Shown here one piece after another: positions 28,508 to 37,057 of a stretch of DNA of 64,000 nt. Made by a program: the position numbers and the translations under genes. The stretch covers positions 45,659-109,658 of the forward strand of contig JBFMGV010000092.1 of the NCBI GenBank assembly GCA_040752615.1, given 5' to 3'. Numbering within the stretch: the stretch's first letter is position 1; the number at the start of each line of letters is the position of its first letter. The notes below the pieces were generated by a model. The model did no database searches. It was not told the DNA's origin and saw only the letters and a program-made list of their open reading frames with translations. This DNA is from Pseudomonadota bacterium. GTDB taxonomy: Bacteria > Pseudomonadota > Alphaproteobacteria > Caulobacterales > Caulobacteraceae.

Positions 28508-28649
28508 TTTCCCTCCCCTTTATGGGGAGGGACAGCCCGCAGGAGGCGGGCAGGGTGGGGCGATGATCCGTTGACGCGGCGTCCGGTCCGCGTTTCCCCA
28601 CCCGTCCGAGGCTTCGCCTCGGCCACCCTCCCCATGAAGGGGAGGGAAA
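28508..28649 (+). repeat. Structured intergenic repeat, copy 1 (~142 bp, MITE/RIME-like)
   Basis: It starts TTTCCCTCCCCTTTATGGGGAGGGACAG and ends CCACCCTCCCCATGAAGGGGAGGGAAA. It shares the GGGTGGGGCGATGATCCG core and the CCCCACCCGTC segment with copies 2 and 3. Confidence 0.85.
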
Positions 28650-28657
28650 CGCTGAAT

Positions 28658-29074
28658 CTACTCCGCGGCCACCACGCTGAGGGCGGGGGCTTCCAGCGCG
28701 GGGGTCTCGGGCGAGATCAGCGCCAGGCTGCGGCCTTCGAAATGGGCGCCGGCCTCGATGGCGATCTCGGTGTGGCTGATGTCGCCGTCCACGCGGGCGG
28801 TGGACCACAGCTTGACGCGACGCGCGCAGATCACGCCGGTCACCCGGCCGCGGATCTCGACGGCGTCGGCATGAATGGCGCCGGTGACCGCGCCGGTCTC
28901 GCCGATGACCAGGAAGCCGACGCGCAGGTCGCCCTCCACGGATCCGTCGAGGTGCAGATCGCCGCCGGTTTCGAGGTTGCCGTGGACGCGGACGCCTTCG
29001 GCGACCAGCGAGGCGACCGAAATCTTACGCGCCGTCTCGGCGGCTTCAGTCGCCTTGGGTGGCTTGGAGAACAT
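28658..29074 (-). CDS. bacA: Bactofilin (polymer-forming cytoskeletal protein, DUF583)
   Basis: 138 aa. It has repeated beta-helix-type segments ('VHGNLETGGDLHLDGSVEGDLRV', 'VTGAIHADAVEIRGRVTGVI', 'VDGDISHTEIAIEAGAHFEG') and an N-terminal 'MFSK' tail. Confidence 0.88.
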   Translation of the reverse strand: MFSKPPKATEAAETARKISVASLVAEGVRVHGNLETGGDLHLDGSVEGDLRVGFLVIGETGAVTGAIHADAVEIRGRVTGVICARRVKLWSTARVDGDISHTEIAIEAGAHFEGRSLALISPETPALEAPALSVVAAE

Positions 29075-30212
29075 ACTGCCCGGCCTTCAGGAAGCGGCCC
29101 GGGTTCTGGGCCCGACCGTTGACCCATACCTCATAGTGAAGGTGGGTCCCAGTCGAACGACCGGTGGACCCCATCGCGGCGATCCTTTGCCCAACCGCTA
29201 CGCGTTGGCCGCGCTGAACGGCAAATCCGGCGAGGTGGGCGTAGCGGGTCTTCAGGCCGCGGCCGTGATCGATCTCGACCACATTGCCGTAGCCCGAGCG
29301 CTGGCCGACGAAGGCGACGACCCCGGGACCTGTCGCGTAGATCGGCGTGCGATGGGCGCCGGCGAAGTCGAGACCCGAGTGGTAGGCGGGACGGCGCGTG
29401 AAGGGGTCGAACCTGACGCCGAAGCCGCTGGTCTGGTTGGCGCCGGCCGTGGGCCGCTGGATCGGCAGGTCCTGGGCGGCGTCGTTCAGCGCCTGGGCGT
29501 CGTGCAGGTCGCGCGCGGCGCGCTGGATGCGCACGGCGAAGTCGTCGTCCACGTCGAGGACGGCGGCCAGGGCGCGGGGATCCTTGGATTCGATCAGCGG
29601 CCCGCCCAGCGAGCCGCCGCGGTCGGCGAAGCTGGAGGGCGAGAGGCCGGCCATGCGGAAGGCCATCCGCAGACGGTCGGCGCGGCTCTTGGCGTAGCTG
29701 TCGGCGGCTTCGAGAAGCTGCTCCTGGCCGATGCGGACCATCTCGACCCGGCGCGGCGCGCTGGCGTCGGCATTGCTGGCGAGGGCGCGGTTTATGGCCG
29801 GGGTGAGGGCGTCGGCGGCGCCGGGCGCGCCCTTCATGTCGGTCAACAGCAGGGCCAGGGCGGCATGGCGCTTCTCGATCGAGGCGGCCATGTCGTTGCT
29901 GGAGCCGGAAGCGGCGTTGAGACGGGCCATGGCGCTGTCGAGTCGGGCCTGGCGGTCGGCCACGTAGCGCTCGGACTGGGCCTTGAGGCGGGCGATCTCG
30001 CGGTCGGTCGTGGAGACCGAAAGCACGTTCACCAGCATGGCGGCGGTGGAGACGCCCATCCACATCGCGGCGCCGGCGACGCCGCCGGCGATCAACAGCT
30101 GCTTCTTCGTGGACAGGACGAAGGCCTTCATGGCCCCGCCTGAGCGTACGTAGAGATGCCGTTCCGGAAACAGCTCGACGAGCGAGCGGCGGAGCTGCGC
30201 AAGGCGGTTCAT
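29046..30212 (-). CDS. M23 (LytM-type) peptidase with cytoplasmic tail, TM helix and coiled-coil
   Basis: 'YHSGLDFAG' (HxxxD) and 'GTHLHYEV' (HxH). I prefer the ATG at 30212 ('MNRLAQLRRSLVELFPERHLYVRSGG'). Alternatives are 30299 and 30332. The 3' end overlaps the bacA start by 29 nt. Confidence 0.85.
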   Translation of the reverse strand: MNRLAQLRRSLVELFPERHLYVRSGGAMKAFVLSTKKQLLIAGGVAGAAMWMGVSTAAMLVNVLSVSTTDREIARLKAQSERYVADRQARLDSAMARLNAASGSSNDMAASIEKRHAALALLLTDMKGAPGAADALTPAINRALASNADASAPRRVEMVRIGQEQLLEAADSYAKSRADRLRMAFRMAGLSPSSFADRGGSLGGPLIESKDPRALAAVLDVDDDFAVRIQRAARDLHDAQALNDAAQDLPIQRPTAGANQTSGFGVRFDPFTRRPAYHSGLDFAGAHRTPIYATGPGVVAFVGQRSGYGNVVEIDHGRGLKTRYAHLAGFAVQRGQRVAVGQRIAAMGSTGRSTGTHLHYEVWVNGRAQNPGRFLKAGQYVLQATQGD

Positions 30213-30356
30213 GCGGAGGCTGTAGTCCCTAACCCCAGAAAAGGACCCGGCGATATGCGACGACTTTTTTTCGGCAGGCAACCCCAACAGGCGCGACATT
30301 TGCCCCCAAAACGGGGGAATACGCACCGTCATTATCGTTAATCGGAAAAGGTGCGC

Positions 30357-30818
30357 TCAGGCGTCGCGGGCGGCGGCCAGCACGGCGGCGGCGTGGCCGG
30401 CGACCTTCACCTTGCGCCAGATCTTCACGAGCCTGCCGTCCCGGATCAGGAAGGTGGAGCGGTCGATGCCCATGTACTGGCGGCCGTAGAGCGTCTTCTC
30501 GACCCACGAGCCGTAGCGCTCGATGACCTCGCCCTCGGGATCCGAGCCGAGGGGGATGGTCAGGTCGTACTTGGCGGCGAACTTCCGGTGCTTGGCGACC
30601 GTGTCCTTGGATACGCCGATGACGGTGACGCCGGCCTTGGCGAACTCAGGGGCGAGCGCCGTGAACTCCTGCGCCTCCTTGGTGCATCCGGTCGTGTCGT
30701 CCTTGGGGTAGAAGTAGAGGACGAGGGTCTTGCCGGCGAAGTCGGCGAGCTTCACCCGGCCGTCGGCGGTCTCGAGGTCGAAGTCCGGCGCGGCGGCGCC
30801 CTCGGTGATGTCGGTCAT
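30357..30818 (-). CDS. bcp: Thiol peroxidase Bcp (peroxiredoxin)
   Basis: 'LYFYPKDDTTGCTKEA' peroxidatic-Cys motif. 153 aa. Confidence 0.9.
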   Translation of the reverse strand: MTDITEGAAAPDFDLETADGRVKLADFAGKTLVLYFYPKDDTTGCTKEAQEFTALAPEFAKAGVTVIGVSKDTVAKHRKFAAKYDLTIPLGSDPEGEVIERYGSWVEKTLYGRQYMGIDRSTFLIRDGRLVKIWRKVKVAGHAAAVLAAARDA

Positions 30819-30842
30819 CGCTTTGCTCCGTCCTCTTGCTCT

Positions 30843-30979
30843 TTTCCCTCCCCTTCATGGGGAGGGACAGACCGCGACGCGGTCAGGGTGGGGCGATGAT
30901 CCGCCAGGTCAGAACCCAGCCCACATATCCCCACCCGTCTCGCTTCGCTCGCCACCCTCCCCATGAAGGGGAGGGAAAA
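30843..30979 (+). repeat. Structured intergenic repeat, copy 2 (~137 bp)
   Basis: Near-identical to copy 3 across almost its whole length. It lies between the tyrS stop and the bcp start. Confidence 0.85.
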
Positions 30980-30987
30980 CACCGGCG

Positions 30988-32244
30988 CTAGACCGGCTTC
31001 ACCAGCACGATCTTCTTCTTGCCGGCGCCCAGCTTCACGACGCCTTCGGCCAGGTCGGCGGAGGTGATCGTGCGGTTGGCGTCGGCCTCGGCCTTGTCGT
31101 TGACGCGCAGGCCGCCGCCCTGGGCCAGGCGGCGGGCCTCGCCCTTGGAGCCGGCGAGGCCGGCGGTGACGGCGAGGTCGGCCAGCTGGATGCCGGCGTC
31201 GAGGTCGGCCTTGGCCACGTCGACGGTCGGCAGGTCGGCCGAGAGACCGCCCTGTTCGAACGCCGCCTGGGCGGCCGCGGCGGCCTTCTCGGCCTCCTCG
31301 GCGCCGTGCAGCAGGGTGGTCGCCGCGTTGGCGAGGACCTTCTTGGCCTCGTTGATCTCGGCGCCCTGCAGCGTTTCCAGACGCGCGATCTCGTCGGCCG
31401 ACATGTCGGTGAAGAGGCGCAGGAAGCGGCCGACGTCGGCGTCCTCGGTGTTCCGCCAGAACTGCCAGTAGTCGTAGGGGCTGCGCAGGTCGGCGTTCAG
31501 CCAGACGGCCCCGCCCAGCGACTTGCCCATCTTCTGGCCCGAGGCCGTGGAGAGCAGGGGGGTGGTGAGACCGAAGGCGGGCTTCTGGTCGACGCGGCGG
31601 ATCAGCTCCACCCCGTTCACGATGTTGCCCCACTGGTCCGATCCGCCCATCTGCAGGACGCAGCCGTAGCGGCGCTCGAGCTCCAGGAAGTCCACCGACT
31701 GCATCAGCATGTAGTTGAACTCGAGGAACGTCATCGGCTGCTCGCGCTCGAGCCGCAGCTTGACGCTGTCGAAGGCCAGCATCCGGTTGATGGTGAAGTG
31801 CACGCCGTAGTCGCGCAGGAACTGGACGTAGCCGAACTTCTCCAGCCAGTCGGCATTGTTGACCATCACCGCGTCGGTGGGGCCGTCGCCGAACGTCAGG
31901 AAGCGCGAGAAGACGGTCTTGATCGAGGCGATGTTGCCCTGGATCTGCTCGTCGGTGAGCAGGGGGCGCTGGCCTTCCTTGTCGGTGGGATCGCCCACCT
32001 TGGTGGTGCCGCCGCCCATCAGCACGATCGGCTTGTGCCCGGCCTGCTGGAAGCGGCGCAGGGTCATGATCGAGAACAGGTGGCCGACATGCAGGCTGGC
32101 CGCCGTGGCGTCGAAGCCGATGTAGGCGGTGACGGGCCCCTTGGTCGCCAGCTCGTCCAGCTCGGCCGGATGGGTGATCTGGTTGATGTACCCGCGCGCC
32201 TGAAGGGTCTTCAGCAACTCGGACTTGAAGGCGGGGTCGGACAT
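30988..32244 (-). CDS. tyrS: Tyrosine--tRNA ligase
   Basis: 'HVGH' (HIGH) and 'KMGKS' (KMSKS) motifs and a C-terminal S4-like domain. Start reset to '[11 protein letters not shown]' at 32244. Confidence 0.93.
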   Translation of the reverse strand: MSDPAFKSELLKTLQARGYINQITHPAELDELATKGPVTAYIGFDATAASLHVGHLFSIMTLRRFQQAGHKPIVLMGGGTTKVGDPTDKEGQRPLLTDEQIQGNIASIKTVFSRFLTFGDGPTDAVMVNNADWLEKFGYVQFLRDYGVHFTINRMLAFDSVKLRLEREQPMTFLEFNYMLMQSVDFLELERRYGCVLQMGGSDQWGNIVNGVELIRRVDQKPAFGLTTPLLSTASGQKMGKSLGGAVWLNADLRSPYDYWQFWRNTEDADVGRFLRLFTDMSADEIARLETLQGAEINEAKKVLANAATTLLHGAEEAEKAAAAAQAAFEQGGLSADLPTVDVAKADLDAGIQLADLAVTAGLAGSKGEARRLAQGGGLRVNDKAEADANRTITSADLAEGVVKLGAGKKKIVLVKPV

Positions 32245-32499
32245 CTGGGGCATCTCAATGGAAGGTGGGCCGCGCTCTAGCACGGGCTCGGTCAGGATTT
32301 CGAGGGACATGGCAGGCTCCTTGGGATGGAAGGAGGCCGGTGCGTCGTCTGTCTTGCTGGGATCGCGCCGGCCGTCGGGGGGCAGGCGCGAAGGATCGGT
32401 CGCCTGCGTCAGGGCAGGCGGTAATAGCGGCCAGTGAGGGCGGCAGGTCCGATCATCGCGGGCTAGCTAGCGGTCCTCGGACATGGCAGTCAAGCTGAC

Positions 32500-33606
32500 A
32501 TGCTCGTGCTGGGATTCATGACCGGGACCTCGCTGGACGCCGTGGACATGGCGATCCTCGACACCGACGGCGTGAAGATCCTGGCGTTCGGCCCGGCCGG
32601 GGAACGCCGGCTGACCGACGCCCTGCGGGACGTCTTACTGGAGACCACGAAGCAGGCCCTGGCCTGGGAGCGTGGAGCGCCCGAGCCGGCGATCTTCCGC
32701 CATGCGGCCGAGATGATCGCCGAGGAGCACTTCGCGGCGGCCGAGGCCTTCCTGCAGGAGAACGACCTATCCTGGCCCGACCTGGATCTCGTGGGGATGC
32801 ACGGCCAGACGGTGCTGCACGAGCGGCCGAAAGAGGGCGTCCCGGGGCGGACGGTCCAACTGGGCGACGCCGAGGCGCTGGTGCGGCTGATCGGGCGGCC
32901 GGTCGCCTTCGATTTCCGCTCGGCCGACGTGGCGGCGGGCGGGGAGGGCGCGCCGATCGCGCCGGCCTATCACGTGGCGCGGGCGCAGGCCTCGGGTCTC
33001 GCCGCGCCGCTGGCGGTGCTGAACCTGGGCGGGGTGGCCAACGTCACCTTCTGGAACGGGGGCGAGGACTTCGCCGCCTTCGACACGGGGCCGGCCAACG
33101 GGATGCTGGACCTGCTGATGCAGGACCGCGGAGCCGGGCGGTATGACGCCGGGGGAAAGTACGCCTCGGTGGGGCGGGTGGACGAGAGCGTGCTGCGGAC
33201 GCTGCTGGCGCATCCCTATTTCGATGCGCCGCCGCCCAAGTCGCTGGACCGTTTCGACTTCAGGCTGACGCCCCTGGACGGCCTGTCGCTGGAGGACGCG
33301 GCGGCGACGTTGGTGGCGTTCACGGCGGAGGCGGTGAAGCTGGGCCTCGCCCATGCGGCCGTCCCGCCGGCCGAGGTGATCGTCACCGGCGGTGGCCGCA
33401 AGAACCCCGAGATCATGAAGGCCCTCGCCGAGCGGCTGCCCGTGGCCGTGCGGCCCGCCGAGGACCACGGCTGGCGCGGCGACGCGATCGAGGCCGAGGC
33501 CATCGCCTTCCTGGCGGCGCGCACGCAGCGCGGCCTGCCGATCACCTTTCCGAAGACCACGGGGATCGCTGCGCCGATGGCCGGCGGCCGCATCATTCGA
33601 CCTTAG
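32500..33606 (+). CDS. anmK: Anhydro-N-acetylmuramic acid kinase
   Basis: 'GFMTGTSLDAVD' N-terminus, 'GMHGQTV' and 'LNLGGVANV', typical of the AnmK family. 368 aa. Confidence 0.9.
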   Translation: MLVLGFMTGTSLDAVDMAILDTDGVKILAFGPAGERRLTDALRDVLLETTKQALAWERGAPEPAIFRHAAEMIAEEHFAAAEAFLQENDLSWPDLDLVGMHGQTVLHERPKEGVPGRTVQLGDAEALVRLIGRPVAFDFRSADVAAGGEGAPIAPAYHVARAQASGLAAPLAVLNLGGVANVTFWNGGEDFAAFDTGPANGMLDLLMQDRGAGRYDAGGKYASVGRVDESVLRTLLAHPYFDAPPPKSLDRFDFRLTPLDGLSLEDAAATLVAFTAEAVKLGLAHAAVPPAEVIVTGGGRKNPEIMKALAERLPVAVRPAEDHGWRGDAIEAEAIAFLAARTQRGLPITFPKTTGIAAPMAGGRIIRP

Positions 33607-33618
33607 AGGGGACAGTTC

Positions 33619-34905
33619 ATGCGTAAGGGGTTCTGGATCGCGGCCGTGTCGGCCCTGGCGCTGGGCTCGCCCGCCGCGGCGCAGTCGTTCGACGCCCAGG
33701 TGTTCGCGGGCGCCAAGAAGATCCAGCCCAAGGTGGTGGAGTGGCGGCGTGACATCCACGAGCACCCCGAGCTGGGCAACAACGAGGTGCGGACCGCCGC
33801 CCTGGTGGCCGAGCACCTGAAGAAGCTGGGCATGGAGGTCCGCACCGGGGTCGGCAAGACCGGGGTCGTGGGCGTGCTGAAGGGCGGCAAGCCCGGCGGC
33901 GTCGTGGCCCTGCGCGCCGACATGGACGGCCTGCCGGTGCAGGAGCAGACGGGCCTGCCGTTCGCCTCGAAGGTGACGACCACCTACAACGGCCAGACGG
34001 TGCACGTGGCCCACGCCTGTGGGCACGACGCCCACGTGGCGATCCTGATGGGCACGGCCGAGGTGCTGGCCGGAATGCGCGACAAGATCCCGGGCACGGT
34101 GGTCTTCATCTTCCAGCCGGCCGAGGAAGGCCCGCCGGTGGGCGAGGAGGGCGGCGCGCCGCTGATGATCAAGGAGGGCGCGCTGAAGAACCCGGCGCCC
34201 ACGGCGATCTTCGGCCTGCACGTCTTCCCGGGCGAGCCGGGCCAGCTGGTCTGGCGCTCGGGCCCGATGATGGCCGCCTCGGACCGCTACGAGATCAAGC
34301 TGAAGGGAAAGCAGACCCACGGCGCCAACCCCTGGGCCGGGATCGACATCGCCTCGATGCAAGCCGAGATCGTGCTGGCCTTCAACCAGATCGCCGCGCG
34401 GCAGCTCAACGTGACGCGCACGCCGACCATCCTGACCGTCGCCACCGTGCACGGCGGCGTGCGTTACAACATCATCCCGGACGACTTCACCCTGGCCGGC
34501 ACCCTGCGCACCTTCGACCCCGACCTGCGCAAGGACGTGATGGCGCGGGCGGAGAAGGCGGTGAAGTCCATCGCCGACCGCTACGGCGGCTCGGGCGCCA
34601 TCGAGTGGGGTACGCCGAACCCGGTGACCTCCAACGATCCGGCGCTGACCGCGAAGATGAAGGCCACCCTGGGCCGCGCCGCCGGCGGCAAGGTGCGCGA
34701 CGACATCGACTACATCACCGGCGCCGAGGACTTCTCGTACTTCCAGCGCCAGATCCCGGGCGTCTTCTACCACCTGGGCATCGGCTATCCGAAGGGCGTG
34801 AACCACTCGCCGCTGTTCCACGTGGTGGACGAGGGCGCGATGGAGGTCGGCGTGCGGGCCCAGGCGCTGACGGCGCTGGACTACCTGGCGACGGCGAAGA
34901 AGTAG
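33619..34905 (+). CDS. M20-family amidohydrolase (aminoacylase/hippurate-hydrolase-like), secreted
   Basis: Signal peptide 'ALALGSPAAAQ'. 'HEHPELGNNE', 'ALRADMDGLP', 'HACGHDAH' and 'FQPAEEG' motifs. Confidence 0.88.
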   Translation: MRKGFWIAAVSALALGSPAAAQSFDAQVFAGAKKIQPKVVEWRRDIHEHPELGNNEVRTAALVAEHLKKLGMEVRTGVGKTGVVGVLKGGKPGGVVALRADMDGLPVQEQTGLPFASKVTTTYNGQTVHVAHACGHDAHVAILMGTAEVLAGMRDKIPGTVVFIFQPAEEGPPVGEEGGAPLMIKEGALKNPAPTAIFGLHVFPGEPGQLVWRSGPMMAASDRYEIKLKGKQTHGANPWAGIDIASMQAEIVLAFNQIAARQLNVTRTPTILTVATVHGGVRYNIIPDDFTLAGTLRTFDPDLRKDVMARAEKAVKSIADRYGGSGAIEWGTPNPVTSNDPALTAKMKATLGRAAGGKVRDDIDYITGAEDFSYFQRQIPGVFYHLGIGYPKGVNHSPLFHVVDEGAMEVGVRAQALTALDYLATAKK

Positions 34906-34910
34906 CGCGC

Positions 34911-35068
34911 TTTCCCTCCCCTTCTTGGGGAGGGACAGACCGCGGAGCGGTCGGGGTGGGGCGATGATCCGCTGGAGCAGAACCCAGCCCACATATCCCC
35001 ACCCGTCTCGCTACGCTCGCCACCCTCCCCATGAAGGCTCGCCACCCTCCCCATGAAGGGGAGGGAAG
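34911..35068 (+). repeat. Structured intergenic repeat, copy 3 (~158 bp, with an internal 22-bp tandem duplication)
   Basis: Same architecture as copy 2. 'CTCGCCACCCTCCCCATGAAGG' occurs twice in tandem at about 35018-35061. Confidence 0.85.
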
Positions 35069-35153
35069 GACCGTGACGCCACGTCCCCCTTGCGGTTCAA
35101 ACGAACGTTCGGCAGGCTGAACGTCGATAACCTAGAAAAGCGAGGGAACGGCC

Positions 35154-36947
35154 ATGGCGGATGATCTGGGCTTCGATCCGAACGCGCTCGCCGAGAAGTA
35201 CCGTGCCGAGCGGGATCGCCGGCTGCGGGGCGACGCCAGTGAGCAGTACGTCGAGATGGCGGGCCAGTTCGCCCACTACCTCGAAGACCCCTATGTGAAG
35301 CCCGGGTTCGAGCGCGAGCCGCTGACCGACGAGGTCGAGGTGGTGGTCGTCGGCGGCGGGTTCGGCGGCCAGCTCGCCGCAGCGCGGCTGAAGGAAGCCG
35401 GGATCACCGACGTCCGCATCATCGAGAAGGGCGGCGACTTCGGCGGCACCTGGTACTGGAACCGCTACCCGGGCGCGGCCTGCGACATCGAGAGCTACAT
35501 CTATCTGCCGCTCCTCGAAGAGGTCGGCTACATGCCGGTCGAGAAGTACTCCCGTGCGCCGGAGATCCTTCGGCACAGCCGGGCGATCGGCGAGAAGTTC
35601 GGCCTCTACGACAACGTCTGCTTCCAGACCGAAGTGAAGGCGATGCGCTGGGATGAGGACGCCAAGCGCTGGATCGTCGAGACCAATCGCGGCGACGCCA
35701 TGAAGGCGCGGTTCGTGGTGATGGCCAACGGGCCGCTGCACCGGCCCAAGCTGCCGGGCATTCCGGGCGTCGAGGGCTTCAAGCGTCACAGCTTCCACAC
35801 CAGCCGCTGGGACTATGACTACACCGGCGGCGACTCCAACGGCGGGCTGGAGAAGCTGAAGGACAAGCGGATCGGGATCATCGGCACCGGCGCGACCGCC
35901 GTTCAGTGCATCCCGCACCTGGGCCAGTGGGCGAAGGAGCTCTACGTCTTCCAGCGCACGCCCTCGTCGATCGACGTGCGCAACAACAAGCCGACCGACC
36001 CCAAGTGGGTCGAGAGCCTGGAGCCGGGCTGGCAGCAGGAGCGGATGGACAACTTCAATGTCCTGGTCTCCGGCGGCTTCGCGGACAAGGACCTGGTCAA
36101 CGACGGCTGGACCGACATCATCGGCAACATCCTGCTGCTGGCGCGCCGCAAGGCCGAGGCGGGCGAGAAGGTCGAGGATCCGGCGGCCCTGATGCAGCTG
36201 GCCGACTTCAAGAAGATGGAGCAGGTGCGCGGCCGGGTGGACCAGGAGGTCACCGACCCCGCGAAGGCCGAGGCGCTGAAGCCCTGGTACAACCAGTTCT
36301 GCAAGCGGCCGTGCTTCCACGACGAGTATCTGGCGACCTTCAACCGCCCGAATGTCCACCTGATCGACACGAACGGGCAGGGCGTGGAGCGGATCACCGA
36401 GACCGGCGTGGTGGCCAACGGCCAGGAGTACGAGCTGGACTGCCTGATCTATGCGACAGGGTTCGAGGTCGGCACCGACTACACGCGCCGCTCGGGTTAC
36501 GAGCTCCATGGCCGCGACGGCCTGACCCTGACGGAGAAGTGGAGGAACGGGGCCGAGACGCTGCACGGCCTGCTGAGCCGCGGGTTCCCGAACTGCTTCA
36601 TCGTCTCGAACGTGCAGTCGGGCTTCTCGGCCAACTTCCCGCACATGATCAACGAGCAGTCCAAGCACATCGCCTATGTGATCAAGAACGCGGGCGAGCG
36701 TCAGGCCCGGGTGGTCGAGCCCAGCGCGGACGCCGAGTCGGCGTGGGTCGACACGATCGTGAACCTCTCGGTGATGCGCGAGCAGTTCCTCAAGGAGTGC
36801 ACCCCCGGCTACTACAACAACGAGGGCCAGGTGGAGCTGATGAACAAGAAGAACAGCTCGTACGGCGCCGGGCCGGTGGCCTTCGCCAAGGTGCTCGAGG
36901 ACTGGCGTGAGGCCGGCGAGCTCAAGGGCCTGGAACTGACGCCGTAA
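35154..36947 (+). CDS. Type I Baeyer-Villiger (flavin, NADPH) monooxygenase
   Basis: 'VVGGGFGG', BVMO fingerprint '[12 protein letters not shown]' and a second Rossmann 'GIIGTGATA'. 597 aa. Confidence 0.88.
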   Translation: MADDLGFDPNALAEKYRAERDRRLRGDASEQYVEMAGQFAHYLEDPYVKPGFEREPLTDEVEVVVVGGGFGGQLAAARLKEAGITDVRIIEKGGDFGGTWYWNRYPGAACDIESYIYLPLLEEVGYMPVEKYSRAPEILRHSRAIGEKFGLYDNVCFQTEVKAMRWDEDAKRWIVETNRGDAMKARFVVMANGPLHRPKLPGIPGVEGFKRHSFHTSRWDYDYTGGDSNGGLEKLKDKRIGIIGTGATAVQCIPHLGQWAKELYVFQRTPSSIDVRNNKPTDPKWVESLEPGWQQERMDNFNVLVSGGFADKDLVNDGWTDIIGNILLLARRKAEAGEKVEDPAALMQLADFKKMEQVRGRVDQEVTDPAKAEALKPWYNQFCKRPCFHDEYLATFNRPNVHLIDTNGQGVERITETGVVANGQEYELDCLIYATGFEVGTDYTRRSGYELHGRDGLTLTEKWRNGAETLHGLLSRGFPNCFIVSNVQSGFSANFPHMINEQSKHIAYVIKNAGERQARVVEPSADAESAWVDTIVNLSVMREQFLKECTPGYYNNEGQVELMNKKNSSYGAGPVAFAKVLEDWREAGELKGLELTP

Positions 36948-37057
36948 GGCGGCCTGCACCGGATCTGCACACGATCCGGCCGGCTTCAGCGCGGCGATCC
37001 CAGACGTTCGGGCGCCGGTCCGGCGTCTAGTCCGTCCCCGGTTCATGGGGGTGGCGG

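Noticed and set aside
28450-28635. Short ORFs running through the intergenic repeats (for example 28450-28635, 30646-30858, 30730-30966, 34715-35032, and the tails of 30351-30899 and 34605-34967 ending 'PSPSWGGTDR...')
   Set aside because: They are created by the repeat sequence itself and recur in several frames. Such elements are commonly mis-annotated as hypothetical proteins.
30330-30345. CtrA-type TTAA-N7-TTAA boxes (isolated TTAA at ~30338, ~23489, ~53467, ~60419)
   Set aside because: None has a second TTAA at the required 7-nt spacing.
28508-35068. Possibility that the three repeats form a CRISPR array
   Set aside because: The repeats are about 140 bp long and separated by 2-4 kb of ordinary genes. 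There is no short regular spacing and there are no cas genes.
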